Assembly: GCA_046542935.1 (NCBI GenBank)
Contig: JBKHAJ010000002.1
Coordinates: 1-40,366 of the forward strand
Direction of reading: 5' to 3'
Source of the DNA: Spirochaetia bacterium
Lineage (GTDB): Bacteria > Spirochaetota > Spirochaetia > SPDA01 > CAZSGZ01
DNA length: 40,366 nucleotides
Shown: piece after piece, positions 24,108-32,301 of the stretch
Layout of the letters: the number at the start of each line of letters is the position of its first letter
Position numbering within the stretch: the first letter of the stretch is position 1
Program-made: the position numbers and the translations under genes
Notes under the pieces: model-generated
Told to the model about the DNA's origin: nothing
Database searches by the model: none
What the model saw: only the letters and a program-made list of their open reading frames with translations

Positions 24108-25154
24108 ATGAAGCCCAAGCTTAAAGATGTCGCCAAAGCTGCCGGTGTGTCCCTCACTACCGCATCTCTTGTCCTCTCGGGAAAGGGGCGTATCTCCGAT
24201 GAAGTCCGACAGCGGGTCAACGAGGCGGTCGACCGGCTCGGATACGTCCCGAAGAATCGTGCCGCCTCGGAGGACACACACCGCACCATTGGAATCTTTC
24301 ACAGCATCGACTACGACTGGGGCTTCATCTGGGTGTTCATCCGTCCCATCGTCGAAGAAATCGAACGGAACATGCGGAACATGGGAATACAGACCATTCT
24401 CATCCCCATCAAGCATAGCGATACCAACGAGGAAATTCTCGATAAAGTCCGTAATGTCGACGTCCAGGCGGTGGTCTCCCTTCACTACGGAAATGCCGAG
24501 CTCTTTACCCGCCTCGAGGAATCGGACATTCCGGTGGTCGTGGTGATGAACGGAAACTTTCAGGATACCTTCTACTCGGTCTGCGTGGATGATTACCAGG
24601 GGGCCTACGAGGGAACGCGGCATCTGATTACCCTCGGCCACCGGAACATTGCCTACGTCGAAGCCGCCCGCCCGGACCTCCCGATGCTCTCCAACGACAG
24701 ATTCGTAGGATTCCGCAAGGCCATGGAAGAGTACCGCCTCAAGATGCCCGCCGACAACACCATCCGTTTCGAGCTTTCCGACATGGAAGAGCTTAAAAGC
24801 AAGCTCGAACGGGCCTTTACAAAACCGGACAGGCCCACCGCCATCTTCTGCCTCGACGATGAGATCGCCTTTCGGGTCATCATCGCCCTCGAAGATCTCG
24901 GATTCAAGATTCCCGACGACGTTTCGATTCTCGCCCCCGGGGATGTTCTCGACTACAACCAGCACTACTATCCTCAGATTACCACCATGAAGATCAATAC
25001 CACCTATATGGGAAAGATCGTGAGCCAGATGATGCAAAACCGCCTGAAGCACAAGCCGGAAGACATCCACGTCTTGAAGGTCAAACAACAGCTCGTCCGG
25101 CGGGGCTCGTGCAGGGAGTTTTCCGTTCCCGCATCTCCGGAGCGCGTAAGCTGA
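24108..25154 (+). CDS. LacI-family transcriptional regulator
   Basis: 348 aa with an N-terminal HTH (KLKDVAKAAGVSLTTASLVLSG) and a periplasmic-binding-protein-like effector domain. It is divergent from the sugar locus. Confidence 0.9.
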   Translation: MKPKLKDVAKAAGVSLTTASLVLSGKGRISDEVRQRVNEAVDRLGYVPKNRAASEDTHRTIGIFHSIDYDWGFIWVFIRPIVEEIERNMRNMGIQTILIPIKHSDTNEEILDKVRNVDVQAVVSLHYGNAELFTRLEESDIPVVVVMNGNFQDTFYSVCVDDYQGAYEGTRHLITLGHRNIAYVEAARPDLPMLSNDRFVGFRKAMEEYRLKMPADNTIRFELSDMEELKSKLERAFTKPDRPTAIFCLDDEIAFRVIIALEDLGFKIPDDVSILAPGDVLDYNQHYYPQITTMKINTTYMGKIVSQMMQNRLKHKPEDIHVLKVKQQLVRRGSCREFSVPASPERVS

Positions 25155-25217
25155 TCCCCCCGGCCTCGGCCTGAGTTTTCCGCTTCCGGCTGGTTTTTCG
25201 TTTGCCCGAGGAATTTG

Positions 25218-25246
25218 TTGCAGTGTAGTCCTGAAGGCCGTATACT
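25218..25246 (+). promoter_or_regulatory. Candidate promoter (TTGCAG-17-TATACT)
   Basis: TTGCAG (25218-25223), 17-nt spacer, TATACT (25241-25246), 20 nt upstream of ATG 25267. Confidence 0.4.
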
Positions 25247-25266
25247 GCAAAAAAAGGCGGTCTGTA

Positions 25267-27051
25267 ATGAAGAAACGCATCCTCCTCGTGGAAGATGAAT
25301 CGATAATAGCCCTCGATGAAGCGGAACTCCTTGAAAAGCACGGATTCGACGTAACTGCGGTTCCCGACGGAGAGAGCGCCCTCGAAGCGGTCCGCGCCGA
25401 TAATTTCAATCTTATCCTTATGGACATCGATCTTGGGCCGGGCCGGTTGACCGGCGTCGCCTCCGCGAAGTCTATTCTACAGGTCATCGATATCCCCATC
25501 GTCTTTTTGACCAGCCACGGGGAAAAGGAAACTGTGGACAAGGTCAAGGGAATTACCCGCTACGGATACGTCCTTAAGGGCTCGGGGGAGTTCGTCTTAG
25601 TCGAATCGATCCACATGGCGCTTCGGTTATTCCAAGCGCATACCAGAGCCCGCAGGCGGGAGCTGCAGCTGCTCCAAAACTCATCCTTTATGCAGGGAAT
25701 CTTCGACAGTATTCAGGACGGAATCAGCATCCTGAATCCCGACTTGACCATCCGCGCGGCAAACAGGGTCATGAAGAGCTGGCACGAGCACAACCTCCCC
25801 CTCGAAGGCAAGAAGTGCTACGCCTGCTATCACAACTACGACAGCGCCTGCGATCCCTGCCCCAGCATAAGGTGCATGGAAACCGGAACCATTGAATCGG
25901 AAATAGTCCCGGGGCTTTCCGGGTCGGGCATCTCATGGATGGAGCTCTACAGTCATCCCATACGGGACCCGGCGACCGGGAAGATTACCGGCATAATCGA
26001 ATTCGTACGGGACATAACCGAGAGGACGCGGGCGGAGGAGGAGCTCAAACGCAGCCAAGAGCTCTTTTCGGGAATCGTCGAGAACATTCCCAGCATGATC
26101 TTCATGAAAGACGCGAAGGACCTCACCTTCTGCCTGGTCAACGCCGCCGCGGAGGAGCTCATGGGACGTCCTAGGGAAGAGCTCTTGGGGAAGGACGATT
26201 ACGATATCTTTCCCCGTCACGAGGCAGATTTTTTCCGCTCCAAGGACACCGAGGTCGTCGAGTCCGGCAGGAAACTCATCATTCCGGAAGAGGAACTCTC
26301 CACCCCCGAGGGGATCCGCTACGTCTCCACAAAGAAGGTCCCCCTCTTCGACGATGAGGGAAACCCCCGGTTCATGCTCGGGATTTCCGAGGACATCACC
26401 CGGCGGAAGTCCGCCGAAGAGAAGGTGTTAAGCCTCCTCGAGGAAAAGGACCTCCTCCTCAAAGAGATTCATCACCGGATCAAGAACAACATGAACACCA
26501 TCATCAGTATGCTCTCTCTCCAGGAGCTCTCCATCTCCGACGCGGCCGCGGCGGAAGCTTTGAAAGAGGCCAAGGGGCGGATAGGGCTGATGAGTAGTAT
26601 CTACGAAAAGCTCTTCCGGTCGCCGGACTTCGAAACCCTCGATATCAAGCCCTTTATCGAAGAACTCGTCTACGAGATCAAAGAAACCCATGCCGGTTCA
26701 GATACGATCAGCGTCAAAACCGATATCGATGAGATAAGCCTCGTCTCCAGGCAGGCCTTTCCCCTCGGTATAATCATCAACGAGCTTTTGACGAATGCCT
26801 TCAAGTACGCCTTCGAGAACGGAAAAGCCGGGACGATCGAGGTGTCTATAAAAGCATACCCGCCGAATAAACTCGAGGTGACCGTTGCCGACACCGGCCG
26901 GGGGGTGCCCGAAGGAATACTCGACGGCTCCGCCTACGGCTTCGGACTTACCCTTATCGACGCCTACGCCCGGCAGCTGGACGGTAACCTCCTCATCGTG
27001 AACGACGGAGGGACGAGGATCACCCTGACCATGGGGTTGGAAGTACCTTAA
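25267..27051 (+). CDS. Hybrid sensor: receiver (REC) + two PAS domains + HisKA_2-type histidine kinase
   Basis: 594 aa. REC is KRILLVEDESI...LILMDIDL. Two PAS modules follow; the first has a Cys cluster (CYACYHNYDSACDPCPSIRC). The H-box is EIHHRIKNNM and the ATPase blocks are IINELLTNAFKYAF and DTGRG. Confidence 0.85.
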   Translation: MKKRILLVEDESIIALDEAELLEKHGFDVTAVPDGESALEAVRADNFNLILMDIDLGPGRLTGVASAKSILQVIDIPIVFLTSHGEKETVDKVKGITRYGYVLKGSGEFVLVESIHMALRLFQAHTRARRRELQLLQNSSFMQGIFDSIQDGISILNPDLTIRAANRVMKSWHEHNLPLEGKKCYACYHNYDSACDPCPSIRCMETGTIESEIVPGLSGSGISWMELYSHPIRDPATGKITGIIEFVRDITERTRAEEELKRSQELFSGIVENIPSMIFMKDAKDLTFCLVNAAAEELMGRPREELLGKDDYDIFPRHEADFFRSKDTEVVESGRKLIIPEEELSTPEGIRYVSTKKVPLFDDEGNPRFMLGISEDITRRKSAEEKVLSLLEEKDLLLKEIHHRIKNNMNTIISMLSLQELSISDAAAAEALKEAKGRIGLMSSIYEKLFRSPDFETLDIKPFIEELVYEIKETHAGSDTISVKTDIDEISLVSRQAFPLGIIINELLTNAFKYAFENGKAGTIEVSIKAYPPNKLEVTVADTGRGVPEGILDGSAYGFGLTLIDAYARQLDGNLLIVNDGGTRITLTMGLEVP

Positions 27052-28304
27052 TACAGGGCCGTTTTTCGCCGAGTTTTCAAGCGCAGCGCCTCCGCCGCTA
27101 AGGGAAGGCTTAAGCCCGGCAGAAAGAAGCGGCTCTTAGGCTTCGATCCGGTCATGATCATTCCCCACCGAGTCATAAAGCGGTCGCCCTTCCGGTTGCT
27201 GAGTGAGGCGAAGGCGTCGAGGAAAACCGGCCGCTTCGCGGACACCGCCGCCATCCGTGCCGACCAGGCGAAATCCCGTCCGAATGATCCCATCCATTCC
27301 CCCTGATACCGCGCAAGGCGGTCGGCGGAAAAATCTTTTGCATCGAATGCCCGGCGGAGGACCTCGGCGGCAATCTGTCCCGCGTCGAGGGCGTACTGAA
27401 TTCCTTCGCCCGTCAGGGGATCGACGTGCCCCGCGGCGTCTCCGACCACAAGGACGTGATCGCCGTAAGTCCGCTTTTCCCCGCCCAGCCGGAGGGGGGC
27501 AGCCTTCATATCCTCGATCCGGGCGTTCGGCCCGATCGCCGAGGCCACCGGTTCGTATTCGGTCAAAACCCGATGATGAAGCTTCTTGAGGTCCCCCGGC
27601 GCCGCCCTGCCGCCGGGTATGATATAAGTACAGAACACGAGGTCGCCGTCGGCTTCACGAAACAGTGCGGCGTATCCCGGGAGGAGGTAGTCCGGATAGT
27701 AGACGATCCCGTCGCAGCCGAAGTCGTGGGTCCCTCCTTTTATATATACACTCGAGCAGACCGCTTCGGCCCTCCGCTCTACCAGCCCCAAGGACCGTGC
27801 AAGTAGAGACGAGGCCCCGTCGGCGGCGACGAGGACGGTCGCGAACACTTCCGCCCCCTCGTCGGAGATGATCCGCCACCGTGCGGCGGCGGGATCGAAA
27901 ACGGCGTCGATTACGCGAAAAACTTCCCTAAACTCGGCACCCTTTTCAACGGCGGCTCGGACGAGCCGGGCGTCTAAGATCTCCCGCTTGATCGAGACGA
28001 CCAGGGACGAGCCGAGGTGCTTCTTCGAATCCCCGATGTAGCGGATCCCCGATGGGCTTACCAGCCCGCCGACTGCGGACCACCGGCCTTCTCCGGCTTC
28101 GAGGACGGGTTTGAGAACCCCCATCCGTTCGAGGTGGTGCTGAGCGCGCCGGGTAACAGCGTCGCCGCAGATTTTCCTGCGGGGAAACTTTGCCTTGTCG
28201 CAGAGAACGACGGAGAGCCCCCCTTCCGCGGCGTAGTACGCGGCGGAAGACCCGGCGGGTCCCGCGCCGACAACGGCTATATCGTAATAGGTTTGCATGA
28301 TCAT
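27048..28304 (-). CDS. Geranylgeranyl reductase family FAD-dependent oxidoreductase
   Basis: 418 aa with a dinucleotide-binding N-terminus YDIAVVGAGPAGSSAAYYAA, followed by FPRRKICGDAV and VVGDAAGHVDPLTGEGI, as in the GGR/ChlP-like family. Confidence 0.8.
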   Translation of the reverse strand: MIMQTYYDIAVVGAGPAGSSAAYYAAEGGLSVVLCDKAKFPRRKICGDAVTRRAQHHLERMGVLKPVLEAGEGRWSAVGGLVSPSGIRYIGDSKKHLGSSLVVSIKREILDARLVRAAVEKGAEFREVFRVIDAVFDPAAARWRIISDEGAEVFATVLVAADGASSLLARSLGLVERRAEAVCSSVYIKGGTHDFGCDGIVYYPDYLLPGYAALFREADGDLVFCTYIIPGGRAAPGDLKKLHHRVLTEYEPVASAIGPNARIEDMKAAPLRLGGEKRTYGDHVLVVGDAAGHVDPLTGEGIQYALDAGQIAAEVLRRAFDAKDFSADRLARYQGEWMGSFGRDFAWSARMAAVSAKRPVFLDAFASLSNRKGDRFMTRWGMIMTGSKPKSRFFLPGLSLPLAAEALRLKTRRKTALY

Positions 28305-28410
28305 TCAGTATAAACCCGCATTCACGGGTCCGCAACCGTGAAGTACGCCCGCCGCGCGGGGTGCCGACACCATCCTAGGCCGTTTTTTCCGGGCATATAT
28401 CATACACCCG

Positions 28411-28419
28411 TGGTATAAT
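28411..28419 (+). promoter_or_regulatory. Extended -10 element (TGgTATAAT) upstream of the GS-family gene
   Basis: TGGTATAAT lies at 28411-28419, 26 nt upstream of ATG 28446. The -35 region is poor (GGGCAT). Confidence 0.35.
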
Positions 28420-28445
28420 CACGAAAAAATGCAGGGGCCGACAGA

Positions 28446-29987
28446 ATGAACAAGAAATTTGCACTCGAAAACCAGATCGAAGTCCTGGCCGGAAAGCCGC
28501 GTTCGCAGCTGACGAAGGAAGATATTATCAATCTCATCAATGAAAGACAGATCGAGCGCCTCACCTTTCACTACACCGCCATCGACGGCAAGGTCAAAGA
28601 GCTGCGCCTGCCGATTACGAGCAAGGAACAGGCCGAGATCATCCTCGCGGAAGGGGAACGGGTCGACGGATCATCCCTTTTCAAGAACGTCGTCGACGCG
28701 GGAGAATCGGACCTCTACGTAATCCCGGTGTATAAGACCGCCTTCATCAACCCTTTCGACGATAGAAGCCTCGATTTCATCTGCCGCTTCGTCACCGGCG
28801 ACGGTGAGCTCGCACCCTTCGCCCCGGACAACCTGCTCCACATAACCCATCTTGCACTCAAGGAAGAAACCGGCATCGACTTCTACGCTCTAGGAGAGCT
28901 CGAGTTCTACCTCGTGGGGAACACCGGAGAGAACCTGTATCCCCTGCAGAACCAGAAGGGATATCACGGTAGCAGCCCTCATGTAAAAACAACGGACATC
29001 GTCAACGAGATGCTCAGGATAATGACCAACATTACCAGCGAGATCAAATACGCCCACAACGAGGTGGGGCTGATCAACCGGCTCGAATGCGAGCATCCCC
29101 TGTACAAGGACAAGCTCGCCGAGCAGGTGGAAATCGAGTTCCTTCCCTCGCCGGTGGAAGACGCCGCGGACGTCGTCGTTTTAGGAAAGTGGCTGTGCCA
29201 GAGTGTCGCAAACAGGCACGGACTTATCGCCACGTTCTATCCCAAGATCCAGTTAGGGGCCGCGGGAAGCGGGCTCCATTTTCACACCATGCTCAAGAAG
29301 GGCGGAAGAAATATTATGCTCGGCGAGGACCGGGAGCTCTCCGAGGACGCCCTGAAGCTGATCGGAGGACTCTGCCGATACGCCCCCACCCTGTCCGCCT
29401 TCGGCAACATGACCGCCGCCTCCTTTCTGCGCCTGGTCCCCCACCAGGAAGCGCCGACGAAGGTGTGCTGGGGATATTCGAACCGGAGCGCCCTGGTCCG
29501 GGTGCCCCTCGGATGGCGGAACCTCGACAATCTTGCAATGAAAGTCAATCCGCAGCAGAAGCTGAAATCGGACGTCAGGGACAGCAGGCAGACCGTGGAG
29601 CTTCGAAGCCCCGACGGCAGCGCGAATACCCATCTTCTCCTCGCGGGAATGACTACCGCCCTGCTGTGGGCGTACCGGCATCCGGAAGAAGCGCTCGAGC
29701 TCGCCAAAAAGAACTTCGTAGCGGGAAACATCCACGATGACAGCGAGCTCGAAGCCGGGCTTATAGATATCGCGACGAGCTGCGTGGAAACGGCCGAGAC
29801 CCTCTCCGAGAACAGGAACCTCTACACCGAGGAGGGGTACTTTCCCGAACCTCTTATCGATAAGGTGGCCCGGATGCTGAACGCCCAAAATGACCGGGGG
29901 CTCAACCGGAGCATCCTCGAATTGCCCCCCGAGGAGGGGGAGAAAATAGCAAAAGACTATATCCTGAAGGGCCTGGAGAACAGTTAG
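28446..29987 (+). CDS. Glutamine synthetase family protein (glutamate-ammonia ligase-like)
   Basis: 513 aa with a beta-grasp-like N-terminal domain, GAAGSGLHFHTML (the GSGxHxH block) and NRSALVRVP (the NRSA-x-x-R-x-P block) of GS-fold ligases. The subtype and the substrate amine cannot be assigned by eye. Confidence 0.75.
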   Translation: MNKKFALENQIEVLAGKPRSQLTKEDIINLINERQIERLTFHYTAIDGKVKELRLPITSKEQAEIILAEGERVDGSSLFKNVVDAGESDLYVIPVYKTAFINPFDDRSLDFICRFVTGDGELAPFAPDNLLHITHLALKEETGIDFYALGELEFYLVGNTGENLYPLQNQKGYHGSSPHVKTTDIVNEMLRIMTNITSEIKYAHNEVGLINRLECEHPLYKDKLAEQVEIEFLPSPVEDAADVVVLGKWLCQSVANRHGLIATFYPKIQLGAAGSGLHFHTMLKKGGRNIMLGEDRELSEDALKLIGGLCRYAPTLSAFGNMTAASFLRLVPHQEAPTKVCWGYSNRSALVRVPLGWRNLDNLAMKVNPQQKLKSDVRDSRQTVELRSPDGSANTHLLLAGMTTALLWAYRHPEEALELAKKNFVAGNIHDDSELEAGLIDIATSCVETAETLSENRNLYTEEGYFPEPLIDKVARMLNAQNDRGLNRSILELPPEEGEKIAKDYILKGLENS

Positions 29988-29996
29988 GCCGCGCGT

Positions 29997-30025
29997 TTGA
30001 CCCCGACTCTGCCGCTGCGTACTTT
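29997..30025 (+). promoter_or_regulatory. Candidate promoter abutting the 86-aa ORF (TTGACC-17-TACTTT)
   Basis: TTGACC (29997-30002), 17-nt spacer, TACTTT (30020-30025), then ataagt and ATG 30032. There is no Shine-Dalgarno. Confidence 0.4.
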
Positions 30026-30031
30026 ATAAGT

Positions 30032-30292
30032 ATGATACGCGTAGAAGAGAATAATCCGAATAAGTTCAAGGTGAAGGTGGAAGAAGGCGGATCGAGCACC
30101 ACCCATACTGTCAAGGTCGATGACGGCTACTATCAGAAGCTGACCGGGGGCTCGATTTCCAAAAAGGAGCTCGTCGAAAAGTCCTTCCGGTTCCTCCTCG
30201 AGCGGGAACCGAAGGAATCGATCATGTCCCGGTTCGACCTGCCCGTCATCCAGCGCTACTTTTCGGAGTACGAGAGCACCATCGGAAAGTAA
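30032..30292 (+). CDS. Small hypothetical protein (86 aa)
   Basis: An ORF with normal, non-repetitive composition (MIRVEENNPNKFKVKVEEGGSSTTHTVKVDDGYYQKLTG...). It is co-directional with the GS-family gene and has its own promoter-like element. I do not recognise a family. Confidence 0.5.
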   Translation: MIRVEENNPNKFKVKVEEGGSSTTHTVKVDDGYYQKLTGGSISKKELVEKSFRFLLEREPKESIMSRFDLPVIQRYFSEYESTIGK

Positions 30293-30386
30293 AAGAGGAC
30301 GGAAATGCGACCCGGCTCATTCTCGAGCCCGCCCTTTCTCAGAGCCGTCGTCCCGAAAAATGGGAACACCCCCTACCTGATATTAT

Positions 30387-30450
30387 CCTTTTGTAGGCAT
30401 ATTACCCTATGTATTTTCACCCCTTTGTGGGTTGATTGACCTACAAACGG
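30387..30450. repeat. Three copies of a TTTGT(A/G)GG motif: one direct copy plus an imperfect inverted pair
   Basis: CCTTTTGTAGGC (30387-30398). CCTTTGTGGGT (30422-30432) and ACCTACAAACGG (30439-30450) form an inverted repeat around a 6-nt spacer, about 160-260 nt upstream of the PAS-LuxR gene. Confidence 0.5.
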
Positions 30451-30652
30451 CTTTCGAATATATTTGTGTTAAGATTATGATTATAATTTAGATTTAATCA
30501 TTTTTGAAGTTTTTTGACATAGATGATAGTATTGCTCAAGATTTGCGAACTGCATTATCCATCAGGCTGCAGGGGAACTACCCAACAATGAAGCCTCGGG
30601 AGCCCAGCTGAGACCAATTATTATCAAATACGAAAGGAAATTCGAATTTCTT

Positions 30653-31837
30653 ATGACCGGAGAATTTGTCTATATTCTAGATGCCCGAGGAATAATTATC
30701 TATGTAAGTCCATCTATAGAACAGTACGGGTTGTCCCCTAATCAATTGATTGGAAAAAATATTATAGAAATTGTCCGCCCCAGGGAACGGCGGAATCTGG
30801 GGATGAGACTTCGCGAACGGAGAACGAAAAGACGGCGTACCCGGGGACTCGAAATCGGACTCGATCCCGCGCTCACCGGGGGGAAAGATATAGAAATACG
30901 GGTCGAAGCGGAAGGGCTCTACTCGGAGGGAAGTGTCCGGAGTAAAAATCTATTAGGGACCTTTGGAATCTGCAGACCAAAAAAGCCATGCCACGTTCAC
31001 ACCGAGCGGCGTATCCGTGAAAAGATTAAGAATCGTGTTATCTCCAACCTCCCGAACGTATTTTATACGGTCGCTTTCACTCACAATCCCGAGATCCTCT
31101 TTCTGTCGCCGAAATGTGAAACCTGGACCGGGATTTCGATCAGTGAGATAAAAAATGATCCGTCCCTCTGGCAAGAATGCATTGCCGATCCGGATAAAAA
31201 AACCATTCTGAGAAAATACAAGCGGGCCATCGAAAGTGGTGATAACTACACTTTCGAATACACGATCGAGCACCGGATAATCGGGGAAATACGGCATATA
31301 CGGGACTGCGGGCAGGTTATACGGCAAACCGATAAAAGTGTTGTAATGTACGAAGGGGTTATCTCGGATATAACCGCACGCAAAAAGCTCGAGGAAGAGC
31401 TCGAACTGCGGGAGGAGTCGATCCGAAGGCTCCAATCGGACCTCCATAGTGCCCTGCGTTTTGCGGACAGATCCATATTCTCTACAGCGGAATTCCTAGA
31501 TTTCCACATCACCCACCGTATCCTTCCCTATATCGACCAGCTCAAGTCGCAAATCGATGAACCTAAGGCTTTAGCCACCATAGATCTCGTCGAATCGAAT
31601 ATGTCCGATCTCCTCCTGCCGGTTCACGGCGAGATGTCCCGACTCAAGAACTACAATCTCACCCCCATGGAAATACGCGTAGTCGACCTGATCAAGAAGG
31701 GGAAAACCAGTGAGCAAATCGCCGAAATATTGAACATATCCACCCGTGGCGTCAATTTTCACCGCAGCAATTTACGAAAGAAATTCGGCCTAACGGATAC
31801 GGACACGAATCTGTACGCGTTTATTCTTTCTCTCTGA
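30653..31837 (+). CDS. PAS-domain transcriptional regulator with C-terminal LuxR/GerE-type HTH
   Basis: 394 aa with two PAS-like modules and a C-terminal LTPMEIRVVDLIKKGKTSEQIAEILNISTRGVNFHRSNLRKKFGL. The true start may be the CTG at 30608 (see findings). Confidence 0.8.
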   Translation: MTGEFVYILDARGIIIYVSPSIEQYGLSPNQLIGKNIIEIVRPRERRNLGMRLRERRTKRRRTRGLEIGLDPALTGGKDIEIRVEAEGLYSEGSVRSKNLLGTFGICRPKKPCHVHTERRIREKIKNRVISNLPNVFYTVAFTHNPEILFLSPKCETWTGISISEIKNDPSLWQECIADPDKKTILRKYKRAIESGDNYTFEYTIEHRIIGEIRHIRDCGQVIRQTDKSVVMYEGVISDITARKKLEEELELREESIRRLQSDLHSALRFADRSIFSTAEFLDFHITHRILPYIDQLKSQIDEPKALATIDLVESNMSDLLLPVHGEMSRLKNYNLTPMEIRVVDLIKKGKTSEQIAEILNISTRGVNFHRSNLRKKFGLTDTDTNLYAFILSL

Positions 31838-31953
31838 TTTTTTGATCCTACCCTGTCAAAATCCTGTAACTCGATTTCATTGCGGGATTAGAGTGCCGGC
31901 GGATAAAATTATCTGGATCTTTATGTAATTGTAGACCTCCGAGGCTGTACTGA

Positions 31954-32301
31954 ATGAACGAACATCCGGACCTTATAGTCAGTTACCTACCCGACACCAC
32001 CCTTACCTATGTCAACGATGCCTATTGTGACTACTTCGGAGTGGCGTGTAAAGAAATTATAGGCACCTCCTTTCTCCGTTTTCTTCCCGAGACGGAGCAT
32101 GCATCTATCCGGGAGTATCTTAACTCCTTCACTCCCGAGCTTTCAATCCGCCGTTATACCCATAGGGTTCTGAACCGCCGTAACGAGACACACTATCAGG
32201 AATGGGTCGATCAGGCCTTCTTCGACGAGGAAGGCGGAATCACCTTTCATGTCAAGCTTCCTGTGGAAGGTACCGCAGAAGAGGAATGCGGCCGTGAATA
32301 A
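31954..32301 (+). CDS. Stand-alone PAS domain protein
   Basis: 115 aa. DLIVSYLPDTTLTYVNDAYCDYFG...GTSFLRFLPE...HYQEWVDQAFFDEEGGI is a complete PAS core. The stop overlaps the GTG start of the next gene. Confidence 0.6.
   Translation: MNEHPDLIVSYLPDTTLTYVNDAYCDYFGVACKEIIGTSFLRFLPETEHASIREYLNSFTPELSIRRYTHRVLNRRNETHYQEWVDQAFFDEEGGITFHVKLPVEGTAEEECGRE

Noticed and set aside
24102-25547. A 481-aa minus-strand ORF spanning the LacI gene, the intergenic region and the 5' end of the REC-PAS kinase gene.
   Set aside because: It runs antisense to two ORFs with unmistakable family signatures (a LacI HTH and a receiver domain). It crosses a promoter-containing spacer, has a low-complexity Arg/Ser/Gly-rich composition and shows no recognisable motif. 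It is a typical shadow ORF in GC-rich DNA.
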